This document shows, one piece after another, positions 10,161 through 20,093 of a DNA stretch of 64,000 nucleotides. Every line of letters starts with the position of its first letter. The first letter of the stretch is position 1. The stretch is from the NCBI GenBank assembly GCA_002343265.1, contig DDSC01000038.1, forward strand, positions 5,454 through 69,453. Direction: 5' to 3'. The position numbers and the translations under genes are program-made. Source of the stretch: Micavibrio sp. UBA2400. Its GTDB lineage: Bacteria > Pseudomonadota > Alphaproteobacteria > UBA2400. The notes beneath the pieces were generated by a model. That model was given only the letters and a program-made list of their open reading frames with translations. It did no database searches and had not been told where the DNA came from.

Positions 10161-10722
10161 AGTTCTTTGCGGTGTCCTGACTATCGAGTGAGATCAGATT
10201 GAAGGTTTGGCTGACCGCCAGTCGTTTGAAATCATCAACCGACAGGGGTAGGGCATCAGGGGGTGTCGCGTGATTTCCGCGTCTATCCACGGGGCAACGG
10301 ATTGCCCAGCCATCCTTGAGGGGAATGTAGCTTGGCCAGCTGATCAGCATCAGCGGTAGGGCTGGGTCATCAAAGGGCAGGGCTGGCTGTGCACCAATCA
10401 GCCCGGCAAATTCAGCATCGCCGGGGATATGCAGATCGCTCATGCGGCGGGCATAGCTGATGCCGCGCTTGGTATCGGTATCAGGGATCGCCATGTGCGG
10501 CGCGCTGGCATTGCGAATCCAGCCGAGTGGAGGGCGTCCTGCAAAAATTAAACCGCTGATCTGGGCATTGCCTAGAGCCCGTTCGGCCCCGCAAAGCACG
10601 ACGAAGGACCGGACTTCTTCGACTGCTCTTTCAACGGCGCGTTGATGGGTTTTTATAGCGTCAAGTGAGCGTCCGGCGGCACGAAAGTAATGGCAGGGAG
10701 GTTCATTTGCCTGTAACTGCAT
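10159..10722 (-). CDS. Conserved hypothetical protein (possibly DUF1285-like; contains a 'PPCH' motif)
   Basis: 187-aa ORF with no upstream RBS. The 'EPPCHYF' motif is reminiscent of the 'NPPHCGD' motif of DUF1285. Family assignment is uncertain. Confidence 0.35.
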   Translation of the reverse strand: MQLQANEPPCHYFRAAGRSLDAIKTHQRAVERAVEEVRSFVVLCGAERALGNAQISGLIFAGRPPLGWIRNASAPHMAIPDTDTKRGISYARRMSDLHIPGDAEFAGLIGAQPALPFDDPALPLMLISWPSYIPLKDGWAIRCPVDRRGNHATPPDALPLSVDDFKRLAVSQTFNLISLDSQDTAKN

Positions 10723-10790
10723 TCTTACAGAGTAGCGGGCAGGGGTTAGAAAGCTGTTAAAAGCTGATTAATATCGTGGCTTATCAAGAC

Positions 10791-11096
10791 CTAATCGGCT
10801 TTTCCATGCTCGGTCAGTGCGCCAATTTGGCGGCCATCGCGGGTATCATATACCAGAATTGTTTCCCCGGAGGATGTCTCCAGCCAGACGGAGAGTGTGC
10901 TGCCGCTACTACTGATGGCGCGAATGGACCCGGCCGGGAGCTGCGCGTCCCAGCGTATGGCAGTTTGCATCTTTTCCAGCCCGGCATCGACAGAACGCGA
11001 GTTACGCACCAGCCCGTAGGCCAAAAGGCCGAGCATGGCGACCAGCAAAACCGTCATTCCAATCACAACATTACGGGCGGTATTGTTTTCAGCCAT
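10791..11096 (-). CDS. Small hypothetical membrane protein (single TM, periplasmic tail)
   Basis: 101 aa with an N-terminal TM helix 'VVIGMTVLLVAMLGLLAYGLV'. Its start abuts the rluD region. Confidence 0.4.
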   Translation of the reverse strand: MAENNTARNVVIGMTVLLVAMLGLLAYGLVRNSRSVDAGLEKMQTAIRWDAQLPAGSIRAISSSGSTLSVWLETSSGETILVYDTRDGRQIGALTEHGKAD

Positions 11097-11131
11097 TGCA
11101 TTTTCCCCTTGTTTTGAGGCATAGCACAGGC

Positions 11132-12109
11132 ATGAGCGAAGCGCGATACCAGTTAACTATTCCCTCGGCACTGGCGGGCCAGCGGCTGGATAAAGCCCTG
11201 ACCGAACTGGTGCAACAGCATGCGCCGCTTTCGCGTATGCGGGTGCAAGCCCTTATCAAAGATGGGCAGGTGACTTGTGCCGGTAAACCCCAGGCCAACC
11301 CGGCGTTGGCAGTGGGCGAAGGCACGGTCTATGACCTAACCGTTCCACCGGCTATTGATCATGACCGGATCAAAGCGCAGGAACTACCGCTCGACATCGT
11401 TTATGAGGATGCCGATATTCTCGTTATAAACAAAGCGCCGGGCATGGTGGTGCACCCGGCCGCAGGTAATCACGACGGTACCTTGGTCAATGCTCTGCTG
11501 TGGCACAAGCAGGACGAACTATCCGGCATTGGTGGCGTGATCCGGCCCGGTATCGTGCATCGTCTCGATAAAGACACCAGCGGACTGATGGTAATCGCCA
11601 AGCATGATGAGGCACATCACAAGCTGTCTGAACAGTTTAGCGATCGCAGCCTGTCACGCACATATCTGGCGCTGGTTTGGGGAGTACCCGCGCCGCGCGT
11701 CGGCCGTATTGAGGCTGCAATTGGCCGCAGTCCAACCAACCGCCAGAAGATGGCCGTTACAGCAAAGGGAAAACCAGCGGCTACGCGCTATAAGGTGGAG
11801 CAGGTGTTCGCTGAAGAGTCTCTTGCCCTCTTGCGTTGTGAGTTGGAGACGGGCCGCACCCACCAGATCCGTGTACATCTAACGCACCTTGGGCATCCGC
11901 TCGTGGGTGACCCGGTTTATGGTAGCAACGTGCGGCGCACGGCCAAATTGAAACAGACTTATAAGCCTGCTCTGGACGGATTTACCCGGCAGGCTCTCCA
12001 TGCGGCTGAGCTGAAGTTGATCCACCCACGCATGGGTAAGGCTATGCATTTTAGGTGTAACTTACCCACAGATCTGTCTGAGCTATTAGCAAAGCTGGCT
12101 AGGGTTTGA
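11132..12109 (+). CDS. rluD: 23S rRNA pseudouridine synthase, RluA/RluD family
   Basis: It has an S4-like N-terminus plus the catalytic motif 'HRLDKDTSGLMVIAKHDEAHHKL' and 'GRTHQIRVHL'. The start was set at the ATG at 11132 (the track ORF begins with TTG at 11096). Confidence 0.8.
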   Translation: MSEARYQLTIPSALAGQRLDKALTELVQQHAPLSRMRVQALIKDGQVTCAGKPQANPALAVGEGTVYDLTVPPAIDHDRIKAQELPLDIVYEDADILVINKAPGMVVHPAAGNHDGTLVNALLWHKQDELSGIGGVIRPGIVHRLDKDTSGLMVIAKHDEAHHKLSEQFSDRSLSRTYLALVWGVPAPRVGRIEAAIGRSPTNRQKMAVTAKGKPAATRYKVEQVFAEESLALLRCELETGRTHQIRVHLTHLGHPLVGDPVYGSNVRRTAKLKQTYKPALDGFTRQALHAAELKLIHPRMGKAMHFRCNLPTDLSELLAKLARV

Positions 12110-12566
12110 AGTCCTTAGCTGCTTTTGGCCGGTTAGCTGCGTCATGGGTTCTAAAAGCCTCTTGAGCGCGGGTATACTGTGTCAGATTGCTTTGTCTAAT
12201 GGCTTCTGAACCCCAGTCCGTCTTGGGATCGTTCAGGGCCTTAATGACCTCAGCAATACCTCGCTTTGTGCTGTAGGCAGGCTGCTCAAATGCAATACCA
12301 AGTTCTTTGTTGTAATAGATTTGTTGAAAAATGGCGACATTTTCATGAGGGTCGCCACCACCGGCCTTAACTTGCTGATGTAATTTTTCTGGATACTTTC
12401 CAATCCGGTCAAAAACCTCGAATGTCTTATCAAAGGTAGCAATAGGTCTGGGAATCTCCGAATCACCAAGTTCAACTTTCCTGAGCTTGGAAAAGTCCAC
12501 ATATGGTTCGCCCGGTTGGCGAACATGATTAAAGCTGTTGGTTGGTCCTGTGCTTGAAGTACCCAT
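12099..12566 (-). CDS. Hypothetical protein in a local AT-rich island
   Basis: 155-aa ORF with a strong AGGAGG RBS. GC content is visibly lower than the flanks across 12100-12740. No recognisable family. Its 3' end overlaps the rluD stop. Confidence 0.5.
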   Translation of the reverse strand: MGTSSTGPTNSFNHVRQPGEPYVDFSKLRKVELGDSEIPRPIATFDKTFEVFDRIGKYPEKLHQQVKAGGGDPHENVAIFQQIYYNKELGIAFEQPAYSTKRGIAEVIKALNDPKTDWGSEAIRQSNLTQYTRAQEAFRTHDAANRPKAAKDFKP

Positions 12567-12738
12567 AAAAAGCCTCCTAGTTTTGCTAGACTAAAAATTA
12601 TGTTATTTGAGATTGCGTAAAAAAAACTAATTCGGGTCTAAGTGATAGATAAACAAAGCTAATTATAGCGTCTAGCTGTGTTTTTCTGCGACAAAATCTG
12701 CTGGCTAAATGCCCCCTATCTTATGATATAACCCCAAC

Positions 12739-13617
12739 ATGACCGAAACATCTTCTTTGCCTGTCCTGAGTAGCCCGGATGCGCTCACAGCCTATTTGGC
12801 TCAGATCCGCAGCTTCCCCATGCTGTCGGCAGAGGAGGAGTACATGCTAGCCAAGCGCTGGCGCGAGCATGGCGATCGTGAAGCCGCGCACAAGCTGGTC
12901 ACCAGCCATCTGCGTTTCGTTGCCAAGATTGCCATGGGCTATCGTGGGTATGGCTTGCCGGTTGGCGATCTGATTTCGGAGGGACATATCGGCCTGATGC
13001 AGGCAGTCAAGAAGTACGATCCGGATAAAGGCTTCCGGTTGGCGACATACGCTATGTGGTGGATCCGCGCCGCAATTCAGGAATATATCCTGCACAGCTG
13101 GTCACTGGTGAAGATCGGTACGACCGCTGCGCAGAAGAAACTGTTTTTCAATCTGCGCCGCATGAAGAGCAAGCTAGGCGCACTCGACGATCAGGATTTG
13201 CCACCTCAACAGGTGAAAGACATTGCAGCTGATCTGAAGGTGAGCGAGCGGGAAGTGGTCGAGATGAACCGTCGCCTTGGCGGGCCGGATCACTCGCTGA
13301 ATGCGCCTATGCGCGCGGATGGTGAAAGTGAATGGCAGGATTTTCTGACCGACGATAGTCAGACGATTGAGGCCAAGATTGTTGAAGATAGTGAAAGCAA
13401 CCGCCGCGCCCTGATGCTGACGAACGCGATCGCCAAACTGGACGCCCGTGAGCGGCGCATCATTCAGGCACGCGCCCTGAGTGATGAGCCGATGACGCTG
13501 GATGACTTGAGTAAGGAATTTGGTGTGAGCCGGGAACGCGTTCGCCAAATTGAAACGCGCGCCTTGGCCAAGGTGCAGGACGATGTGCGTGCGCAGGCCA
13601 CAGCCCAAGTCAATTAG
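12739..13617 (+). CDS. rpoH: RNA polymerase sigma-32 heat-shock factor RpoH
   Basis: 292 aa with the sigma70 region 2 'DLISEGHIGLMQAVKKYD' and the RpoH box 'QRKLFFNLRRMK'. Region 4 lies at the C-terminus. Confidence 0.9.
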   Translation: MTETSSLPVLSSPDALTAYLAQIRSFPMLSAEEEYMLAKRWREHGDREAAHKLVTSHLRFVAKIAMGYRGYGLPVGDLISEGHIGLMQAVKKYDPDKGFRLATYAMWWIRAAIQEYILHSWSLVKIGTTAAQKKLFFNLRRMKSKLGALDDQDLPPQQVKDIAADLKVSEREVVEMNRRLGGPDHSLNAPMRADGESEWQDFLTDDSQTIEAKIVEDSESNRRALMLTNAIAKLDARERRIIQARALSDEPMTLDDLSKEFGVSRERVRQIETRALAKVQDDVRAQATAQVN

Positions 13618-13623
13618 ACGAAG

Positions 13624-14091
13624 CTAGCGCCGCTTGGCCGGTGTGTTGACTTCTGTAATAGCAATGCCCCAGTCGTCAGTCAGGGCTTTCTGTCGGCTGC
13701 GGATCTTGTCGAGCTTGGCCTTATCACGGGCGGTAATAAATCCGACTACCATCAACGGTAGTACCTGCGTTAGCATCCAGCCCACACCAGCACCGGCCAG
13801 AATAAGTATCCATGAAAAGGGGGAGAACAGTAGGCTGATCGTGGTGGAGACGCTATTTCCTTTATCCCACAGTCGCATTAAGAGCGGCATCAGGGCCGCA
13901 AGATTGAAGGAGCCAACCGTGATGGCCGTCAGCTTACCTTTGGTGCTATCGGTCAGCCAGGCTACATAAGTCGGGATCAGGCCGGCCAAGATCAGGATGC
14001 TGGTGGGTGGAAAAAAAGCGCCGATGATGAGTACGCTCACCAGCCCAGCTGAGCCTTTTTTTCGAGGAGGTTTTGCTGCGGGCTCGGCCAT
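13624..14091 (-). CDS. Hypothetical polytopic membrane protein (about 4 TM), co-oriented partner of the pseudokinase gene
   Basis: 155 aa with four hydrophobic helices. It starts 3 nt after the stop of the upstream kinase-like gene, so they are probably an operon. Confidence 0.5.
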   Translation of the reverse strand: MAEPAAKPPRKKGSAGLVSVLIIGAFFPPTSILILAGLIPTYVAWLTDSTKGKLTAITVGSFNLAALMPLLMRLWDKGNSVSTTISLLFSPFSWILILAGAGVGWMLTQVLPLMVVGFITARDKAKLDKIRSRQKALTDDWGIAITEVNTPAKRR

Positions 14092-14093
14092 GT

Positions 14094-16103
14094 CTAGAAT
14101 AGCCTCATAAAAACAGTTGTTACGATGGCGGCAGCGGCGGCCATACCTCCAATAAAAGCGGTAATCTGCCGCCCCTGCAGCAATAAAGCTTTGTTCCGGG
14201 ATTCATTTGCGGTGCTGATCTCGCGCGAAAAATGCTCCAACTGCTGCCATTCCATCTGGGCCGCGTTAAACCCGTCTTCATCGGCTTTTTGCATGTTGCC
14301 ATCATCAATAATCGATAGCATCTGATCCAACTCGCCGCGTTTGGATAGCTTAGTGACGTCACGGATAACCTTTTCGCGCAGATTGCGATTGTGGTAGCGC
14401 TCCATTGATGGCTGCAGGAGACGCGCCAGCCATTCTGCCGTGCGTGGCATCGGTTCCGGATGAAATTTGCGCTGAACTTCTGCAAGGATGGAGAGAATGG
14501 CCACAGCCCGCTGGCCAGGCTGGCTATTCGCTGCTAGGAGCGGGAACAGGCGGTCGTTCATGCGCTTGTGATGACTCAGAATATACGCGGCAATATGGCG
14601 GTCCATCGGCTCACTGCGCGTATCGTTATCCTTGACGGTCTCAGCGTAGGCTTCAATAGCGATACATAAAGCCTTAAGTGAGAGCGGGAAATGTTTGGCG
14701 GTAAGGGGGCTAAGGCAGGGGCAGTCCGGATAGAGTTCATACACGACGCGCTCAACGCCAAAGCCATGCTGCGGCCGGTCGAGCAGCATACGAATACCTT
14801 CATATTGCTGCAAGAGTGACGCATGCTCAGCGCCGTAGTTGGACTGGGAGTTAGCCCAGTGAATAATGAACTGGGCGGCGATCAGGTCGGCGACATTACG
14901 GGGGGATTGTCCCTTGATCAGCGTGTCGGCCAGATAGCCACCAAGGCCAGCTGGGAGGGTAGATATGTCCCTGAAACGGATTGGGGCTGGCGGGTCAAGT
15001 GTTATGGCAACGCGGGTAACGGTACGCTCGGCTGGGCTGCCGCCACGTTGAGCAGCTCCCGCGGAGGAGATGGCTTCAACAATTTTTTCCGCTTTGGTTT
15101 CATCACCAAGAGAGCGACGAACCCAGCGGTCCAATGAGCCATCCTCAATACCACGCCCAGCCTGATCGACATTACGAGCCATGGCCTGTGCCAGCAGACG
15201 AACATTATTGTAGGTCTGGCCGGCAATTTCATAGCCACGTTGGGCCTTGGGGATTTGTGCTGCAGGTTTACTACCGGTTCGGCGACCACCCAGCCAGTGG
15301 GTGATATCATCAAGAGCCCAGCGTTGCGCCGGATCGTCGGACAAAAGGCCACGGAAGATTTCACTGTAGGCACTGGGGATTCGGGCTCCTCCGCTCAGTG
15401 CCATCAGGCTGCCTTTTTCAACTTTTGCTGTAATCAGCTCTTCGATCGGTAGATTAATAGCAGGAAGCTTGCCCAGAAGCACACTCAAGAGCGTTACACC
15501 CACGGCGTAGATATCATCACTGGCTGAGGCAATGCCTCGTGCGGCAGGAGCAGCCATCAGCCGTTCAATCGTACAAAAGGCCGGATGCTGGTATTTCCCG
15601 GGAATCGCGCTCAGATAATCGCCAAGCTGGATGCTGCCACTGGAGGCGTCACGCAGGAAGATATTGGTTGGATTGATGCGCCCATGATTGCAGCCGGACA
15701 GATAGATATCGCGAATTCCCTCGGCAAGAGACTCAACCATCTGTCGGAAGAAGAGTTCGTTATTGAGCGGAGCGCGATCCTCGGTCAGCGAGGGGATAAG
15801 TGCAGCACCGGTCGGCCGTTCGTAGAGAAGGACGGGGGTTTGCTGGCCAAAATCGGGCCAATAGGTAATATCAGCCTCAATAAAACGCAGCACAGATGCG
15901 CTATTGATTTTGAGGGCATCTCCCAAAACACTGAAGCGAGGCAACTCGCCCGGCTTGGCAACCAGCGCAAGCAGGTTCGTACTTCCGCGTGCCCCTTGCG
16001 CCATATAGGCCAAGGCACCCGGCGTATTGAGATCGCTCAGGGGATTGCCTGAGAAAATCTCATATTTTCCGGCACAGAGGGTAACGCGCTCGTTGCTGGC
16101 CAT
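14094..16103 (-). CDS. Hanks-type protein-kinase-fold protein with degenerate catalytic motifs (predicted pseudokinase), C-terminal TM anchor
   Basis: The N-terminal 250 aa align to the kinase subdomains. The Gly-loop/VAIK analogue is 'GALAYMA...LVAK'. The catalytic loop reads 'NHGRINPTNIFL' where HRDLKPxN is expected (Asp changed to Arg, Lys changed to Asn). 'LGDYLS' stands in for DFG. 'DIYAVGVTLLSVLLGKLP' matches subdomain IX. There is about 400 aa of unknown C-terminal region and a terminal TM helix 'ITAFIGGMAAAAAIVTTVFMRLF'. Confidence 0.55.
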   Translation of the reverse strand: MASNERVTLCAGKYEIFSGNPLSDLNTPGALAYMAQGARGSTNLLALVAKPGELPRFSVLGDALKINSASVLRFIEADITYWPDFGQQTPVLLYERPTGAALIPSLTEDRAPLNNELFFRQMVESLAEGIRDIYLSGCNHGRINPTNIFLRDASSGSIQLGDYLSAIPGKYQHPAFCTIERLMAAPAARGIASASDDIYAVGVTLLSVLLGKLPAINLPIEELITAKVEKGSLMALSGGARIPSAYSEIFRGLLSDDPAQRWALDDITHWLGGRRTGSKPAAQIPKAQRGYEIAGQTYNNVRLLAQAMARNVDQAGRGIEDGSLDRWVRRSLGDETKAEKIVEAISSAGAAQRGGSPAERTVTRVAITLDPPAPIRFRDISTLPAGLGGYLADTLIKGQSPRNVADLIAAQFIIHWANSQSNYGAEHASLLQQYEGIRMLLDRPQHGFGVERVVYELYPDCPCLSPLTAKHFPLSLKALCIAIEAYAETVKDNDTRSEPMDRHIAAYILSHHKRMNDRLFPLLAANSQPGQRAVAILSILAEVQRKFHPEPMPRTAEWLARLLQPSMERYHNRNLREKVIRDVTKLSKRGELDQMLSIIDDGNMQKADEDGFNAAQMEWQQLEHFSREISTANESRNKALLLQGRQITAFIGGMAAAAAIVTTVFMRLF

Positions 16104-16153
16104 ATTGAGACAGGTCTGCCTTTCCTGAGCTGATATTAACCTTTATTACCCGA

Positions 16154-17734
16154 TTAGGCAAACCGCAGATGTTTCACCTTTACCACACTAGGTATAGCCT
16201 CCAGCTCAAGCAATAATTTGGCGGTGATGCGCTGGTCTACCGAAACCAGCAGGACCGCCTCGGCTCCTGGTTGGGGCCGACCAAGATGAAACGTCGCGAT
16301 ATTGACGCCGCTTTCGCCCAGCTTGGTACCGAGGCGACCGATAAAGCCTGGTTTGTCCTCGTTGCGAATATATAGCATCTCCGGGCTGATCTCGGCCTCA
16401 ATTGCAACACCGTCGACTTCGGTAATGCGGGGTTTACCACCACCGACCAGGGTTCCTTCGACCGTGTGTTCGCCGCTCTCAGTGGCGACACGAACCCGGA
16501 TCAGTGTCTGATAGTCACGCGCTTCATCGCGCCGGGTTTCGGCGATAGAGATGCTGCGCTCTTTGGCAAGGATCGGTGCATTGACCATATTCACACTGTC
16601 CATTTGTGCACTGAGCAGGCCCATGATCACCGTCGCCGTGAGCGGTTTGGTATTGAGCCCAGCCACGTGACCCTCATATTCTAGAGTGACTGATTTGACG
16701 CCCCCCTCCAACACCTGACCAGCAAAGCTACCGAGTTGCTCGGCCAGTTTCAGATAAGGCTTAAGGCGTGGCGCATCTTCGGCAGATACTGACGGACTAT
16801 TAAGGGCATTGGTCACTGCGCCTGTCATCAGATAGTCGCTCATCTGCTCGGCGATTTGTAGGGCGACATTCTCTTGCGCTTCATTGGTGGACGCGCCTAG
16901 ATGAGGGGTACAGATGACGTTCTCCATCCCGAACAACGCGTTGTTTTTGGCTGGCTCCTCCAAAAACACATCAAGTGCAGCCCCTTTGACATGGCCGCTT
17001 TCCAGCGCTGCCTTCAAGGCCATCTCGTCGACCAGCCCCCCACGAGCGCAGTTAATAATACGCACACCTCTCCTCATCTTCGTAATCGCCTGTGCGTTGA
17101 TGATGTTACGGGTCTGTTCGGTAAGAGGAGTGTGCACTGTAATAAAGTCAGCTTTGGTAAAGAGGGTATCAAGGTCGGCTCGCTCGACACCCAGTTTGGT
17201 GGCCCGGTCTTCAGTCAGGAATGGATCATAGGCGACTACCTTCATCTTAAGTCCGATGGCGCGATCAGCTACAATCGAGCCGATGTTACCGCAGCCGACC
17301 ACCCCGAGAGTTTTGCCGGTCAACTCAACGCCCATAAACTTGCTTTTCTCCCACTTGCCGGCATGGGTGGATGCGTTGGCCTGGGGAATATCGCGAGCGA
17401 GGGCAAACATCATGGCCAGCGCATGTTCCGCCGTGGTGATGGAGTTGCCAAAGGGCGTGTTCATCACCACTACACCACGCGCACTAGCGGCAGGAACATC
17501 GACATTATCAACCCCAATGCCCGCTCGCCCCACCACCTTTAGCCGTGTTGCCTTGGCGAGCAGATCTTTGGTAACCTTGGTACTGGAGCGAATGGCCAGA
17601 CCATCATACTGGTCGATAATGGCCGCCAACTCGTCGGGCTTCAGGCCGACTTTCTGATCGACCTCAATACCGCGCTGGATGAAGATAGCGACCGCAGCTG
17701 GGGAGAGGGCGTCACTGATGAGAACTTTTGGCAT
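16154..17734 (-). CDS. serA: D-3-phosphoglycerate dehydrogenase
   Basis: 526 aa with the 2-hydroxyacid dehydrogenase Rossmann motif 'GKTLGVVGCGNIGSIVA', a catalytic His-containing region and C-terminal ASB/ACT domains. Confidence 0.9.
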   Translation of the reverse strand: MPKVLISDALSPAAVAIFIQRGIEVDQKVGLKPDELAAIIDQYDGLAIRSSTKVTKDLLAKATRLKVVGRAGIGVDNVDVPAASARGVVVMNTPFGNSITTAEHALAMMFALARDIPQANASTHAGKWEKSKFMGVELTGKTLGVVGCGNIGSIVADRAIGLKMKVVAYDPFLTEDRATKLGVERADLDTLFTKADFITVHTPLTEQTRNIINAQAITKMRRGVRIINCARGGLVDEMALKAALESGHVKGAALDVFLEEPAKNNALFGMENVICTPHLGASTNEAQENVALQIAEQMSDYLMTGAVTNALNSPSVSAEDAPRLKPYLKLAEQLGSFAGQVLEGGVKSVTLEYEGHVAGLNTKPLTATVIMGLLSAQMDSVNMVNAPILAKERSISIAETRRDEARDYQTLIRVRVATESGEHTVEGTLVGGGKPRITEVDGVAIEAEISPEMLYIRNEDKPGFIGRLGTKLGESGVNIATFHLGRPQPGAEAVLLVSVDQRITAKLLLELEAIPSVVKVKHLRFA

Positions 17735-18154
17735 TTATTCTTCCTTTGCGGTGCAGTGTCTATCGATACAGCGTGCCGTGTATTTGGGCTCGGCTGGCGG
17801 GCTGTCGCACTCAACCCGAGCGGCTGTGTAGTCTTGGGTTTTCTTAAAAGTCTCAACATTTTCAAGGCTGACACTTACTGTCGGACCGCAGGTTCGGCGC
17901 ATGAGTGTGCAGTCACTGTCTTGATCACAAAAGCTGCCAGCCAATGCCCCTCCGCGATCTTGGGCGGCCAAGACCTCATTCAACGTCATCTCACGCTGAC
18001 ATTCAGATTTTTCTGTTTTCCAACGGCCGCCAGCATCAAGGCATTGGTCGATTACGAGAGCATCCCAACCCTTGATGGCGCCATAGGCTAGAAAGCTAAG
18101 CCAGAAAATCCCGGCTGGGATGTAGAGAAACAGAAAACGTGCTATCCGCCCCAT
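17735..18154 (-). CDS. Hypothetical Cys-rich membrane-anchored periplasmic protein between serC and serA
   Basis: 139 aa with an N-terminal TM helix and 8 Cys in the exported part. It abuts serC upstream and serA downstream with no gaps. Confidence 0.45.
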   Translation of the reverse strand: MGRIARFLFLYIPAGIFWLSFLAYGAIKGWDALVIDQCLDAGGRWKTEKSECQREMTLNEVLAAQDRGGALAGSFCDQDSDCTLMRRTCGPTVSVSLENVETFKKTQDYTAARVECDSPPAEPKYTARCIDRHCTAKEE

Positions 18155-18157
18155 AGC

Positions 18158-19324
18158 CTATGCTGCCTTGGTCAGAGATTGCTTTATCTCAGAATATGCC
18201 CAGTCCAGCCACGGGCCGAGGGCAGCGATGTCATTTGCTTCTACTGTTGAGCCACACCAGATGCGTAGTCCTAGCGGTGCGGTGCGATAGGAGGCAATAT
18301 CAAAGGCGACTCCTTCTTTTTCTAGCAAGGATACCAGTTTCTTAGCTATGTCAGCTTGCGTATCAGGGCTGAGTGATAAAAACCATGGGTCAACCATGCG
18401 CAGGCAGACTGAGGTAGTGGAGCGGTGCGCTGGGTCTTTCGTTAGATACTCCACCCAGCCAGCACTCTGTACCCACTTGTCGAGGGCGGCTGCATTAGCG
18501 TTGCAGCGTGCGACCATCGCTTTGGCTCCGCCAATACTCTCAGCCCATTTCAGGCTGTAGAGTACATCCTCGACGCAGAGCAAAGAGGGGGTGTTGATTG
18601 TCTCGCCTTTGAAGAGCCCTTCTATTAGCTTACCCTTGCTGGTCATACGGAACAGCTTGGGCAGAGGCCATGGGGGGGCATAGCTTTCAAGGCGTGCGAC
18701 GGCACGAGGACTAAGGACCAGCATGCCATGCGCGGCCTCACCGCCAAGCACCTTCTGCCACGACCATGTTGTGACATCCAGTTTTTGCCACGGGAGGTTC
18801 ATTGCAAAAACAGCGGATGTCGCATCACAGATGGTTAGGCCTTGGCGGTCGTCCTGAATCCAGTCTCCGTTTGGCACCCGCACCCCCGATGTAGTGCCAT
18901 TCCACGCGAAGACAATATCCGAATGCGGATTAACTTGGCCTAGATCAGGTAGTAGGCCATAGTCGGCCTCCATCACGGTGAGATCCTTAATCTTTAGCTG
19001 CTCTTTAGCGTCAATGGCCCAGTCCTGGCTGAAGTTTTCCCACGCCAGCACGGTGGTGGGGCGCGGACCCAGTAGTGACCACATAGCCATTTCGACCGCA
19101 CCGGTATCCGAAGCTGGGACTATAGCGATACGATAGTCAGCCGGAATATCCAGCACAGCACGGGTACGGTCGATTACGTCCTGCAGCTTGGTTTTACCCG
19201 CGGCCGAGCGATGCGAGCGGCCCAGAAGAGCAGATTTTAATACATCTAGCGACCAGCCGGGTGGTTTGGAGCAGGGGCCACAAGAGAAATTAGGGTTCGC
19301 AGGGCGTTGGGTTAGTTTTGTCAT
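18158..19324 (-). CDS. serC: Phosphoserine aminotransferase (long form)
   Basis: 388 aa from the ATG at 19322-19324 (MTKLTQRPANPNFSCGPC...). It has the class-V aminotransferase fold with the PLP lysine region. The track ORF extends 28 codons further upstream. Confidence 0.85.
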   Translation of the reverse strand: MTKLTQRPANPNFSCGPCSKPPGWSLDVLKSALLGRSHRSAAGKTKLQDVIDRTRAVLDIPADYRIAIVPASDTGAVEMAMWSLLGPRPTTVLAWENFSQDWAIDAKEQLKIKDLTVMEADYGLLPDLGQVNPHSDIVFAWNGTTSGVRVPNGDWIQDDRQGLTICDATSAVFAMNLPWQKLDVTTWSWQKVLGGEAAHGMLVLSPRAVARLESYAPPWPLPKLFRMTSKGKLIEGLFKGETINTPSLLCVEDVLYSLKWAESIGGAKAMVARCNANAAALDKWVQSAGWVEYLTKDPAHRSTTSVCLRMVDPWFLSLSPDTQADIAKKLVSLLEKEGVAFDIASYRTAPLGLRIWCGSTVEANDIAALGPWLDWAYSEIKQSLTKAA

Positions 19325-19452
19325 GGAAAATCCGATTCTTATTACGCCACTGAGGGGGGACGCGGCCCAGCCGCACTGTAAAGTGTGAAAACACTTGGGT
19401 AAAGTCACGAATCAGGTGAATCGAGGACGTTATCTTATCACAAGAGGATTCT

Positions 19453-19926
19453 ATGCGTTACGTTGTCCGAGTTCTGATTCTGGCCCTAATCGTCTTTGCC
19501 CAACCTGCGCAGGCTAGGCTGCCCGCCTGCACGTCTGCGGCGGAGCGCGACGCGATGGCCGTTCGGGCCTTGCAGTCCTTCTTTATGCTGGCTGGTGTTG
19601 CCTGTAATCAGGCCGATTCTTATAATCGCTACATGACACGTTATCAGGCGCAAGTGGCGGCTCATACCGAGCACCTCAAAGGCTATTTTACCCGCGTCTA
19701 TGGACGTAAGGGCGAGACTCACCTGAACGATTTTGTGACGAATTTAGCCAACGCCTGGTCACAAGTTCATCTCGATGGAATGAACACCTACTGCAAGGCA
19801 ACGTGGGATATATTGGTTCAGCTCGAAAAGATGCCAGCCGTTGATGATGCCAAAATGGTTCGTATTGCTCATACATTAGCGCGGCAAAAGCCCGTTGCAG
19901 CTGTCCTCTGTCAGAGCGATAAGTAG
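19453..19926 (+). CDS. Hypothetical secreted protein
   Basis: 157 aa with a signal peptide 'MRYVVRVLILALIVFAQPAQA', four Cys and an AGAGGA RBS. Confidence 0.45.
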   Translation: MRYVVRVLILALIVFAQPAQARLPACTSAAERDAMAVRALQSFFMLAGVACNQADSYNRYMTRYQAQVAAHTEHLKGYFTRVYGRKGETHLNDFVTNLANAWSQVHLDGMNTYCKATWDILVQLEKMPAVDDAKMVRIAHTLARQKPVAAVLCQSDK

Positions 19927-20093
19927 TATATTTCTTAACGCATCTTAAGAATTGAGTGCTCATAAAGGGATTGTATTGACTCAATTGCAACTATCTTGCA
20001 CCGTTTCTTAATTAACAAAGCACTATTCTAAACCAGAATGGCGCAAATGCGGGATTTACAGTAAGGTAACCTTGCTGTGACGGGAGACGCTCA

